DNA of 36,610 nt, from positions 1-36,610 of IMG/VR virus record IMGVR_UViG_3300037801_000074. The stretch is one strand, 5' to 3'. This stretch comes from a virus. Taxonomy: Duplodnaviria; Caudoviricetes. Positions 7,417 through 15,844 of the stretch are shown here, piece by piece. Below the pieces are notes generated by a model. It had not been told where the DNA came from and did not search any database. It saw only the letters and a list, made by a program, of their open reading frames with translations. A program made the position numbers and the translations under genes. Positions within the stretch are counted from its first letter, which is position 1. Every line of letters begins with the position of its first letter.

Positions 7417-8461
7417 CAGATTAGAAATAGTAAAACGTTTTGATTTAGAACAAAGCGACCATTACAAAGAGCCAATTGCTATCCCTGAATTTTATGAAGG
7501 TATAAATAGAATATTGTTAGTTGGTAGTAGTGGTAGTGGTAAAAGCACAATATTAAATACACTTGGTGGTGTCAGCAAATTCTCAGAATATACAACAAAA
7601 CCAATTTGTAATTACTTCCCTAGCGCTGACCTTGCACAAAAACATTTAAAAGACGCAGGTTTAAATAGTATGCCTACATGGATTAGACCATTAAATGAAG
7701 TTAGTGATGGTGAACGATTTAGAGCAGAGCTAGCTATTAACATGTTTAACAACAGAATTGTTATCATAGATGAATTTACAAGTGTGCTTGATAGAGAAAC
7801 AGCTAAGTCAATTTGTTACACAATTAATAAAGGCGTGTCTAACAATAAAAAATTAATATTAGCAACAGGTCACGAAGATGTAATTAAATGGCTAGATGGT
7901 TTTTACATTTACAATACAGACACAAATACATACATGCGTAATCAATACGAATACGAAGCACCAACTTTAGATATTGAACGTGTTAAATATGATACGTGGC
8001 ATTGGTTTGCTAAACATCATTACTTAATGGGCAACATTAATAAAAGTAGTCACTGTTATGTAACGTATGTAAATAATCGCATGGCAGGCTTTATTGCAGT
8101 TAATAATCAACTTGGTAGAGATACGCCAAACAGTAAACGAGAACATCGATTAGTTGTCTTACCACAATATCAAGGACGTGGTCTTGGTAGTTTGTTTTCA
8201 AATACAATTGCTTACTTATATCACATGCAAGGCTACAGATATTTTAGTAAAACTAGCAACGTGTTGTTAGGTGAGTACAGACAAAAACATGATTTATGGA
8301 AACCTACAACAACAAACTTACGTCAACGTATTCAGAATAAACCAAGTGGTTTTGACAATTGGAACGTAAATACAACAAGAATTAGTTATTCACACGAGTT
8401 TATTGGCAAAAACATTGACAAATTTGACGATATATTAGCTACTAATAACTTGCATACATAG
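7403..8461 (+). CDS. ABC-ATPase + GNAT (Mom-like) fusion, putative DNA modification enzyme
   Basis: GSSGSGKST, SDGERFRAELA, IIDEFTSVLDR; FAKHHYL, HRLVVLPQYQGRGLG; TTG start after AAGGGGG. Confidence 0.8.
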   Translation: MEIDNRLEIVKRFDLEQSDHYKEPIAIPEFYEGINRILLVGSSGSGKSTILNTLGGVSKFSEYTTKPICNYFPSADLAQKHLKDAGLNSMPTWIRPLNEVSDGERFRAELAINMFNNRIVIIDEFTSVLDRETAKSICYTINKGVSNNKKLILATGHEDVIKWLDGFYIYNTDTNTYMRNQYEYEAPTLDIERVKYDTWHWFAKHHYLMGNINKSSHCYVTYVNNRMAGFIAVNNQLGRDTPNSKREHRLVVLPQYQGRGLGSLFSNTIAYLYHMQGYRYFSKTSNVLLGEYRQKHDLWKPTTTNLRQRIQNKPSGFDNWNVNTTRISYSHEFIGKNIDKFDDILATNNLHT

Positions 8462-8485
8462 CACATACTGCTACACTAAGTATGT
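8450..8485 (+). promoter_or_regulatory. Sigma70-type leaderless promoter
   Basis: TTGCAT-N16-TACACT-N8-ATG with extended TG; contains ATAGCA-N5-TGCTAC. Confidence 0.7.
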
Positions 8486-9391
8486 ATGGTAAACAAAGAA
8501 AAAAAGTTATTTAAAGGTGAGTGGGCTAACGAAAACGTTAATCCTGAAGATTATATTTTTAACGATTTTTTAACTGCACAATCACATGAATATAACTATC
8601 AAGCTATTGCACAAGGTGGCAAAGCTGACAAAGCCTATGAGTGTGATTTATGTCATGCACATATTGCATGGGCTTATTATTTTGACAACAGAAATACAGG
8701 TAAAAAATTAATTGCAGGTATTGAGTGTGCAAATATTATGGATAGTGGTTTAAAAGCACAAGATTATCAAAGAGCTAAAAGAGCTAAAGCAGAACGTTTA
8801 AAGTTTACACACGAGCAAAACATAGATATGTTTCACAAAGAATATCCACACTTAGTGCAAGCTGTAGAATATTTTAAAGGGTCGCACTATGCTATTGTTG
8901 ATATTTTTTCAAAGATTAAGTGGGGTTTGTCAGGTAAACAACTTAACTATTTACAAAAATTACTTACAGATGCGTGGTTAACAGAAGTTAATAAGTATAA
9001 AACAGAGTTTAAACCACCTGCACCAAAGCTATCTGTTGGTGTTCAAACATTAAATGTAACTATTAGTAACTATTACTTCCAAGAAAAAGGTTATTACGCA
9101 ATAGAAAAAGCAGTGTTTGAAACAGAAGATGGTCAAACAATTTTTACAGGTAAGACCAAACAGCTTATACAAAAACTTTATGTTGACCATAGATGGTCAG
9201 ACGAAGAAGACTTTTGGACTTTAGATAAAAAAGAACGTAAGTCAGAGCTTACACACAACAAGTCTTATTACAAGAAAAACACAGAAGGTGTGCTTACTGT
9301 AGAGATACTATCAGAGTTTGCTGATGATAAGTACAGCGCAAAAATAAAAGATTTTATTGTCACACAAACGTATGACGATGTGCTACAATAA
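8486..9391 (+). CDS. Hypothetical protein with Zn-binding motif
   Basis: 301 aa; CDLCHAHI...GIECA. Confidence 0.7.
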   Translation: MVNKEKKLFKGEWANENVNPEDYIFNDFLTAQSHEYNYQAIAQGGKADKAYECDLCHAHIAWAYYFDNRNTGKKLIAGIECANIMDSGLKAQDYQRAKRAKAERLKFTHEQNIDMFHKEYPHLVQAVEYFKGSHYAIVDIFSKIKWGLSGKQLNYLQKLLTDAWLTEVNKYKTEFKPPAPKLSVGVQTLNVTISNYYFQEKGYYAIEKAVFETEDGQTIFTGKTKQLIQKLYVDHRWSDEEDFWTLDKKERKSELTHNKSYYKKNTEGVLTVEILSEFADDKYSAKIKDFIVTQTYDDVLQ

Positions 9392-9416
9392 TTACGTAAG
9401 ATAAGAAGGGATAAAA

Positions 9417-9755
9417 ATGGCTAAAAATCAAATAAAAATGTTTCAAGGCTTTGTAGTCGAGAGTGCTTACAGAGTTAATAAAACATCTGATTATTTTAAA
9501 ATTACAGAAAAACTACATCAAGAAGATAACTTGACTTTAGATATGGTTTTTATGTTTTACAAGCACATAATTAACGATGAAAAAACTGCACGTAAAGTTA
9601 TTACAGATGAAATAATCTTGGACAATATCACAGCGATGATAGAAAACAATTTTATTACATCTGATGGCAAGTTTACAGAGCATGCCAAAGAAGTATTAGA
9701 CAAAGAAGGCTTCTATGTCGATGACAAAGACGTAGTACAACCAAAGGGGGAATAA
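9417..9755 (+). CDS. Hypothetical protein
   Basis: 112 aa; SD AAGGGA; TGcTACAAT promoter at 9381-9389. Confidence 0.65.
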   Translation: MAKNQIKMFQGFVVESAYRVNKTSDYFKITEKLHQEDNLTLDMVFMFYKHIINDEKTARKVITDEIILDNITAMIENNFITSDGKFTEHAKEVLDKEGFYVDDKDVVQPKGE

Positions 9756-9934
9756 TGGCAATCAGTAAAGCTAATCTTATTGCAATAACTAATAAAGTAA
9801 TCCACGATGCACTACCAAATAATGTTGTGCTATCTAATTGGGAACTAGAACTTATTAGTGTTAAGGCAGTAGAAAAAATAACAGAAGAACTTGCTAAACA
9901 ATTAGTAAGTCAATTTACGAAAGATGGTAAATAA
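9755..9934 (+). CDS. 59-aa hypothetical protein
   Basis: Manual translation MAISKANLIAITNK...; TAATG-coupled at both ends. Confidence 0.6.
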   Translation: MAISKANLIAITNKVIHDALPNNVVLSNWELELISVKAVEKITEELAKQLVSQFTKDGK

Positions 9935-10203
9935 TGGCTAAATTACAATTACTAGATAAAGTAGATGACATCAACATGCTAAGAGGTATAGAGCCTAGAA
10001 CAATTGGCGCTTACAGATTAGACATGGCTTATGGTGGCTACAGATTAACACAATTAGTTAATGATGGTGGTGGCGAAACAGATATATCACCAAGACTTAA
10101 AGCTAGCGAGATGAGAGAGTTCTTAGATGGCTTCTTTAAAGGATATATACAAAACACCAACGACAGTACAGACAGATTATTAGAAAAAATAAAGGATAAA
10201 TAA
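9934..10203 (+). CDS. Hypothetical phage protein
   Basis: 89 aa; YRLDMAYGGYRL..NDGGG. Confidence 0.65.
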   Translation: MAKLQLLDKVDDINMLRGIEPRTIGAYRLDMAYGGYRLTQLVNDGGGETDISPRLKASEMREFLDGFFKGYIQNTNDSTDRLLEKIKDK

Positions 10204-10229
10204 TGGCAGTGTGTGCTACAATAATTAGT

Positions 10230-10388
10230 ATGATATATAAAATTACTGCAACAAGTTTGTGGGGTGACGTATCACAATTTGAATTTGACAACAAAGATGA
10301 TTTTTTGTCAAAACTTAGAGAGCTTAAAGACGAAGGTGTTGGCTATCTAATCAAAGAAGAATACATACCTGCAACAGAAGCAGTCTAA
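10230..10388 (+). CDS. Small hypothetical protein (probably leaderless; alternative start 10203)
   Basis: TGcTACAAT-N7-ATG 10230. Confidence 0.55.
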   Translation: MIYKITATSLWGDVSQFEFDNKDDFLSKLRELKDEGVGYLIKEEYIPATEAV

Positions 10389-10402
10389 ATAAGGTAGGGG
10401 AT

Positions 10403-10828
10403 ATGATTAAAAGATACACAAAGAAATTGGTTAAGTATTTTGTAGAGTTTTCGCAAGAGAACGAAGAACAAACAGAAACTAATGACCATTGGAACGCAAC
10501 GTTAACTGACCTGCGTATGACGCAAGGTCTTCTATCAATGACGCAAGAATTACTTTACAAACTTGGTAAGTACAATGAGTTATTTAAACTCAACACTTAT
10601 ACAAACATGTTAGATTTCATGGTTGCCATGACTAAAGTAGAAATTGCTTATCGTGACAGACAAGGGCATGCAAAGTCTAACAGTGCAGAGATGCAAGCAT
10701 TAATATATAAAAATACACAAAACATCAGAGAACAATTATGTTATGCAATTGATTTACCAAAAGATAACGAGTTCTATAAATTAATACACTTAGGTACTTT
10801 AAGGAAGTTGGTTAAAGAAAATGGCTAG
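10403..10828 (+). CDS. Hypothetical helical protein
   Basis: 141 aa; AAGGTAGGGGAT upstream. Confidence 0.65.
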   Translation: MIKRYTKKLVKYFVEFSQENEEQTETNDHWNATLTDLRMTQGLLSMTQELLYKLGKYNELFKLNTYTNMLDFMVAMTKVEIAYRDRQGHAKSNSAEMQALIYKNTQNIREQLCYAIDLPKDNEFYKLIHLGTLRKLVKENG

Positions 10829-10985
10829 TCATATTTGTGCAGATTGTAATACAAATGGTTATTACGAAACACATGAGTTTATAGATATGTGTAGTTATTG
10901 CGCAGATTTTCACGTCAACAAAAAATTATTAAACGATAAAGTCAACGCTACAGGTATGACAGAGAGAAGGGATATATGGATATAA
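10821..10985 (+). CDS. 54-aa Zn-ribbon protein
   Basis: Manual translation MASHICADC...MCSYC... Confidence 0.55.
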   Translation: MASHICADCNTNGYYETHEFIDMCSYCADFHVNKKLLNDKVNATGMTERRDIWI

Positions 10986-11218
10986 TTTGGGATTACAGTC
11001 ACGTTCTACACATTTTTTGGGCGTTCATTATGACAGGTGGAATACTTTATATAATCGGTTTGACTGTAGATATGTTAATTGCATATTTTAAAATGTTAAG
11101 AATTAAAAGAAAAATAATTAAAATTGCTAAAGAGCATTGGTTTGGTTTAACACTTGATGAGATGTACGCAAAGTTAAACGCAGGAATAGAAATAAAACCT
11201 AGTAAATATTTAAAATAA
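10976..11218 (+). CDS. Small membrane protein
   Basis: Hydrophobic N-terminal half followed by a basic stretch; SD AAGGGA. Confidence 0.6.
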   Translation: MDIIWDYSHVLHIFWAFIMTGGILYIIGLTVDMLIAYFKMLRIKRKIIKIAKEHWFGLTLDEMYAKLNAGIEIKPSKYLK

Positions 11219-11221
11219 AGT

Positions 11222-11249
11222 TTGCATAAGTGTAGCACTTTGTTACACT
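11222..11249 (+). promoter_or_regulatory. Sigma70-type promoter driving a non-coding unit
   Basis: TTGCAT-N16-TACACT with extended TG; TGTAGCA-ctt-TGTTACA palindrome. Confidence 0.7.
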
Positions 11250-11256
11250 TATAAAT

Positions 11257-11364
11257 GTAATGCTTATGTCTTAAAAGCAAGTTCCTAGAACTTTATTCGC
11301 AAGGCAAAGTGTTTATATATAGCATAAGAAGACCACGTTGTAAAAGACGTGGTTTTCTTTTTTA
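11257..11364 (+). ncRNA. Candidate ~105-nt sRNA
   Basis: Bounded by promoter and terminator; the ATGs near the start open only 1-4-codon ORFs; AAGTTC-cta-GAACTT hairpin. Confidence 0.5.
11326..11364 (+). terminator. Intrinsic terminator
   Basis: AAGAAGACCACGT...ACGTGGTTTTCTT followed by a T run. Confidence 0.85.
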
Positions 11365-11381
11365 TGCCTACAATAAATCTA

Positions 11382-11441
11382 CAGGTAGCAGTTTAGACAT
11401 GCGTCATGCCTTGATTTCGTAATCAAGAAGACTGCTACCTG
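11382..11441 (+). ncRNA. Candidate structured RNA element
   Basis: Perfect 11-bp CAGGTAGCAGT/ACTGCTACCTG stem enclosing CTTGATT-tcgt-AATCAAG; TACAAT 7 nt upstream. Confidence 0.45.
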
Positions 11442-11686
11442 CTTAACATACACTTGTTACAAACTTGCATGTCTATTAATTCTAATAGACCCAAAGACAT
11501 GCGACCACATAGTCTGCATGGCTTTATTAAACAAGAGTTGCACAAGACGTAACGTTTATTTAGTTGTGGTCTTTTGCGACAATATAAACACATTTTTTTA
11601 CCCATACTTAACTAATAGGGGAAAAGTTTTTAAAATTTTATTGTTTTTCACACATTATCTATAGAACAAGAGTTTATAATATTTGC

Positions 11687-12280
11687 ATGGAACAAGTAAG
11701 AATTTTGAGATTATCTTTATTTCAATTTGATGAAGAAAACCCAAAAGAACATAACATTGGCGAATTAATATTATCGATTAAAAGACATGGCTTTATAGAG
11801 CTTCCTGTAGTAAATGAAGAAACAGGTTTATTAGTAGCAGGACATGGCAGGGTAGAAGCATTACAACGCATGGTTATAGACCAAGAACAACCACCTTTAT
11901 ACATTGTCGCAGAAGAAGATACAGGCGAGTGGTTAGTACCTTACATCTCAATTAAATTTAAAACAGACCATGAAGCAAAAGCCTACATGATAGCTAGCAA
12001 CGCATTAACAATTGATGGTGGCTACAACGAACACAAGTTATTAGATATGTTAATGGACGTAAACGCACAAACAAACAATTTACTTGGTACAGGATTTGAT
12101 AGTCAAGACATTATGGACATGTTACACGCAAATGACAAAGGTCTTATCTTTGATGATGACTTTGGCAAACAAACACACAGTGTTAGCGTAGAAGCTGATA
12201 GTCTTGAACATGCAAAAAAAATTAAAGAAGATTTGGAAGAATTAGGTTACACATGTCAATTGAAGACGAAAACGAATTAA
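11687..12280 (+). CDS. ParB/Srx N-terminal domain protein (packaging-linked)
   Basis: NPKEH..SIKRHGF..PVVN..LVAGHGRVEAL..YMIASN; TATAAT-N6-ATG. Confidence 0.85.
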   Translation: MEQVRILRLSLFQFDEENPKEHNIGELILSIKRHGFIELPVVNEETGLLVAGHGRVEALQRMVIDQEQPPLYIVAEEDTGEWLVPYISIKFKTDHEAKAYMIASNALTIDGGYNEHKLLDMLMDVNAQTNNLLGTGFDSQDIMDMLHANDKGLIFDDDFGKQTHSVSVEADSLEHAKKIKEDLEELGYTCQLKTKTN

Positions 12281-12591
12281 ATTACCCTTCAGATTTACCT
12301 GCTGAAGTATTTACTGCGTATAAAATGCTTATTGCTTTAGCTACATTAAATTTTTCAGGAATAGAAGACGAAGTAGAGTATGCGAAGACTAGGGAATTAA
12401 TAATAGATGAAATATACCCAACAGGCATGATGCCCTTAGTTAAAACAGACAATACAGTAATTAATGGACATACACTATTCAATAGTGCGTTAATATTAAT
12501 TACAGAAATATTAGTTCACGCTTGCGATGAAGATGTTGATAAGATACAACATGTTTTACAGGAAGCAGGACTATTGGTAGTTAACAGCTAA
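12253..12591 (+). CDS. Hypothetical acidic protein
   Basis: 112-aa ORF in operon context. Confidence 0.6.
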   Translation: MSIEDENELNYPSDLPAEVFTAYKMLIALATLNFSGIEDEVEYAKTRELIIDEIYPTGMMPLVKTDNTVINGHTLFNSALILITEILVHACDEDVDKIQHVLQEAGLLVVNS

Positions 12592-12593
12592 AA

Positions 12594-12634
12594 CTAAACA
12601 GGATTTAGACGTTAACCTAACAGGATTAGGTAAC
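12594..12634 (+). promoter_or_regulatory. Tandem CAGGA-loop hairpins over the terS RBS
   Basis: CTAAA-cagga-TTTAG and GTTAACCTAA-cagga-TTAGGTAAC directly before ATG. Confidence 0.6.
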
Positions 12635-13069
12635 ATGGCAGGAAGACCAACTAAACTTACAAAAGAATTAATCGAAGAAATCGCAACTTACTTGCGTGCA
12701 GGTAACTATATAGAAACAACTGCATCTTTAGTTGGCGTACATCGTGACAGTATTTATGAGTGGCTTAAACGTGGAAACGCTGAAATCACTAGGGTTTCTA
12801 AATCAAATAGAGCAAGAATACGTAAAAGAGAAGAAATTTTTGTTGAATTTACCGACACAGTAAAAAGAGCGCAAGCACAAGCAGAAGCTATGTTAGTAGC
12901 ACAAATAGGTAAAGCATCTGAAAAACATTGGCAAGCATCAGCGTGGCGATTAGAACGCAAATATCCTGATAGATGGGGAAGAACAGAACGCAACGTTGCC
13001 ACTGCACAAGATGACCCACTTAAAGAACTAGCTAAACAATTACAAGACTTGCGTGATGATAGACCTTAA
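12635..13069 (+). CDS. terS: Terminase small subunit
   Basis: MAGRPTKLT..HTH..WQASAWRLERKYPDRWG; directly upstream of terL. Confidence 0.85.
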   Translation: MAGRPTKLTKELIEEIATYLRAGNYIETTASLVGVHRDSIYEWLKRGNAEITRVSKSNRARIRKREEIFVEFTDTVKRAQAQAEAMLVAQIGKASEKHWQASAWRLERKYPDRWGRTERNVATAQDDPLKELAKQLQDLRDDRP

Positions 13070-14273
13070 AGAAGGTAAGCAACTTAATTCAATACTTGAT
13101 AGTGACGCAAGAATAAACGTATGGCAAGGGTCAGTATCTAGTGGTAAAACAATTGCATCGCTTGTCAGGTGGATTGAGTTTGTAGCAACAGTTCCTTATG
13201 GCAACTTGTTAATGGTAGGCAAGACTGAACGAACACTTAAACGTAACGTAATAGACGTATTATCAGAACTTTTAGATGGTACAGGGTCATTAATAACAAG
13301 AACAGGTAGTGGTGAAATACAAATAGGCAGTAAAACTATTTATATAGTAGGCGCTAACGATGAGAGAGCAGAAGCTAAAATTCGTGGTTTAACTCTTGCA
13401 GGCGCTTATGGTGACGAAGTTACATTGTGGACAGAGAGTTTTTTTAGCATGTTGTTATCACGTTTACGTGTAAAAAACGCTAAATTATTTTTAACTACAA
13501 ACCCTGATAGCCCAAACCATTGGCTTAAAAAACAGTTTTTAGATAGAGAAGATGAACTTGATTTAAAGAACTTTGGATTTGAATTAGACGATAATCATAC
13601 ATTAGACCCACACTATGTAAGTTCATTAAAGGCAGAGTATGCGCCACCAAGCAGTTTATGGTATAGAAGATTTATTAATGGTGAGTGGGTTATGGCAGAA
13701 GGCGCTGTTTATGATACGTTTGACCAACAAATTAATGTAGTAACAGAATTACCTAAGATGCAAGAGTATTACGTTGGTATTGACTATGGCACAACTGCAC
13801 CATTTGTAGCTGTACTTATTGGTGAAGGCGTAGATGATAAGTTATACGTTGTTGATGAATATGTTTACGATAGTAAAACAAAACTAAGACAATTGTCAGA
13901 TGCAGAATATAGCAGAGAGCTAAGACAGTTTATACAAAAATACGACCCAAGAAGAATTTACATTGACCCTAGTGCTACATCTTTTATTACACAATTGTGG
14001 CGAGATAATGTACAAGGTGTTACAAAGGCAAACAATAATGTAGAAGATGGAATACGTGTAGTACACAATTTAATATCAAGTGGTAAACTGCTAGTTCATC
14101 AAAAGTGTGCCTATACTATTGAAGAAATTGAGAGTTATGTTTGGGATAGCAAACAGCAAGAGAAGGGTATAGATAAACCCTTAAAACGTAACGACCATGC
14201 TGTAGATGCGCTAAGATATGGGGTAATCAGTCTAGGCGCAGTATGGCGACATTGGATTAAGGAAGGACAATAA
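13053..14273 (+). CDS. terL: Terminase large subunit (PBSX-type)
   Basis: GSVSSGKT, YGDEV, TTNPDSPNHW, IDYG, DPSA, DHAVDALRY. Confidence 0.95.
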   Translation: MMIDLKEGKQLNSILDSDARINVWQGSVSSGKTIASLVRWIEFVATVPYGNLLMVGKTERTLKRNVIDVLSELLDGTGSLITRTGSGEIQIGSKTIYIVGANDERAEAKIRGLTLAGAYGDEVTLWTESFFSMLLSRLRVKNAKLFLTTNPDSPNHWLKKQFLDREDELDLKNFGFELDDNHTLDPHYVSSLKAEYAPPSSLWYRRFINGEWVMAEGAVYDTFDQQINVVTELPKMQEYYVGIDYGTTAPFVAVLIGEGVDDKLYVVDEYVYDSKTKLRQLSDAEYSRELRQFIQKYDPRRIYIDPSATSFITQLWRDNVQGVTKANNNVEDGIRVVHNLISSGKLLVHQKCAYTIEEIESYVWDSKQQEKGIDKPLKRNDHAVDALRYGVISLGAVWRHWIKEGQ

Positions 14274-14274
14274 A

Positions 14275-14355
14275 ATGCCTAAAGGCAAAGGTTATCCACG
14301 TGCTAATAAAAGCATGAAAAAAGTTAAAAAGAAAAAAAAGAAATCAAGATACTAA
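14275..14355 (+). CDS. 26-aa highly basic peptide MPKGKGYPRANKSMKKVKKKKKKSRY
   Basis: Fills the terL-portal gap; SD AAGGA. Confidence 0.55.
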   Translation: MPKGKGYPRANKSMKKVKKKKKKSRY

Positions 14356-15840
14356 ATGAAACAAATGCCCGCAAATGGGTCAGAGTACCCACCTAAAGAC
14401 CATAAACATATACAAAGGGTTTACGCAGAACACAGTGCATGGCATAGTGGCGACCCTGCAACGTTACGCAAAACTTACGCTGACGTACCACAAGATTATA
14501 GACCTAGACGTTATATGTTTTGGACACGTAAAGGCGCAACAGAATTACAAACAGAACGTCATCAAGTTCATGTGCCGTTAGCGGGTGACATAGCACAAAC
14601 ATCAGCAGATTTATTATTTAGTGAGCCACCTAAGTTTCAAATACCTGAAATGGAAACTGAAGCATCTGCAAAAAATTCACAGGAAAACTTAGATGCACTG
14701 TTGGCACAGTGTGGTTTTAAAAACAAATTACTAGAAGCAGGCGAATTGTGCGCTTCTATGGGTGGTGTGTTTTTAAGACTTGTGTGGGATTTAGAATATA
14801 TGAAATATCCAAACATACAAATAGTTAATCCTGATAAAGCATTTGCGACCTTTATGTATGGTCACTTAGTATCAGTAGCTTATGTAACAGAATATGAACA
14901 AGATGGAAGACAAGGTTTTTATAGGCATATCGAGTTACACAGCATGGGCAAGATAGAGCATGCTTTATACTATGGCACACAAAACAACTTTGGCGAGAGA
15001 GTTGCATTAACTGCTATACCTGAAACAGCAGGATTAGTCGAAGAAATACAATTACCATTTGATACATTGGCTAGTGTCTATGTACCTAATCAAAGACCAT
15101 TAAGAAGATTACGTGGATTAGATTATGGAAGGTCTGATTTTGATGGCATTGAAGGTATCATGGACGCAATAGACGAAGCATATACATCATGGCTTCGTGA
15201 CATACGTTTAGGTAAATCAAGAATTATTGTACCTACAGAATATTTAGAGAGAAGGGGTCGTGGACGTGGTAGTGCTTTTGACGTAGATGCAGAAGTATTT
15301 ACAGCTTTAGAGATAGACCCTAATACAGAAAACAAAGGCATACAACCTGTACAGTTTGAAATACGTGACCAACAACACAAAACAACAATCTTAGAACTTA
15401 TAGACAGAGCTGTTACAGGCGCAGGTTATAGCCCACAATCTTTTGGTCTTGGAATAGAAGGACGTGCAGAGAGTGGCACAGCTTTAAAGCTAAGGGAACG
15501 TAAGTCATTTATTACACAAGCTAAAAAACAAAGATATTGGACGCAACCATTAGAAGACATATTAGAAAAACTTATGATATTACATAATGAGATATTTAGT
15601 GCAGGTTACGAAGTCTTTAAGCCTACAGTTGTTTGGCAAGACAGCGTAGCACCTGACCCAAGAGAGAGCGCATCAGTAATAGAAACATTACATAGAGCGC
15701 AATCTGCATCATTAGAAACAAAAGTTAGACTTCTTCACCCTGACTTTACAGAAGACGAGATAGAAGCAGAAGTAGAAAAAATAGCTACAAACTATAATTT
15801 AGCTGATACAGGAATTGAAGTAATCGAAGAACTAGACTGA
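14356..15840 (+). CDS. Portal protein (SPP1 gp6/A118-like)
   Basis: SADLLFSEPP, YVPN..GRSD, DIRLGKSRIIVP, GYSPQSFG; position after terL. Confidence 0.9.
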   Translation: MKQMPANGSEYPPKDHKHIQRVYAEHSAWHSGDPATLRKTYADVPQDYRPRRYMFWTRKGATELQTERHQVHVPLAGDIAQTSADLLFSEPPKFQIPEMETEASAKNSQENLDALLAQCGFKNKLLEAGELCASMGGVFLRLVWDLEYMKYPNIQIVNPDKAFATFMYGHLVSVAYVTEYEQDGRQGFYRHIELHSMGKIEHALYYGTQNNFGERVALTAIPETAGLVEEIQLPFDTLASVYVPNQRPLRRLRGLDYGRSDFDGIEGIMDAIDEAYTSWLRDIRLGKSRIIVPTEYLERRGRGRGSAFDVDAEVFTALEIDPNTENKGIQPVQFEIRDQQHKTTILELIDRAVTGAGYSPQSFGLGIEGRAESGTALKLRERKSFITQAKKQRYWTQPLEDILEKLMILHNEIFSAGYEVFKPTVVWQDSVAPDPRESASVIETLHRAQSASLETKVRLLHPDFTEDEIEAEVEKIATNYNLADTGIEVIEELD

Positions 15841-15844
15841 TAAC

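Noticed and set aside
11382-11441. tRNA or hammerhead ribozyme interpretation of the branched stem
   Set aside because: No cloverleaf, T-loop consensus or CCA end, and no CUGANGA core on either strand
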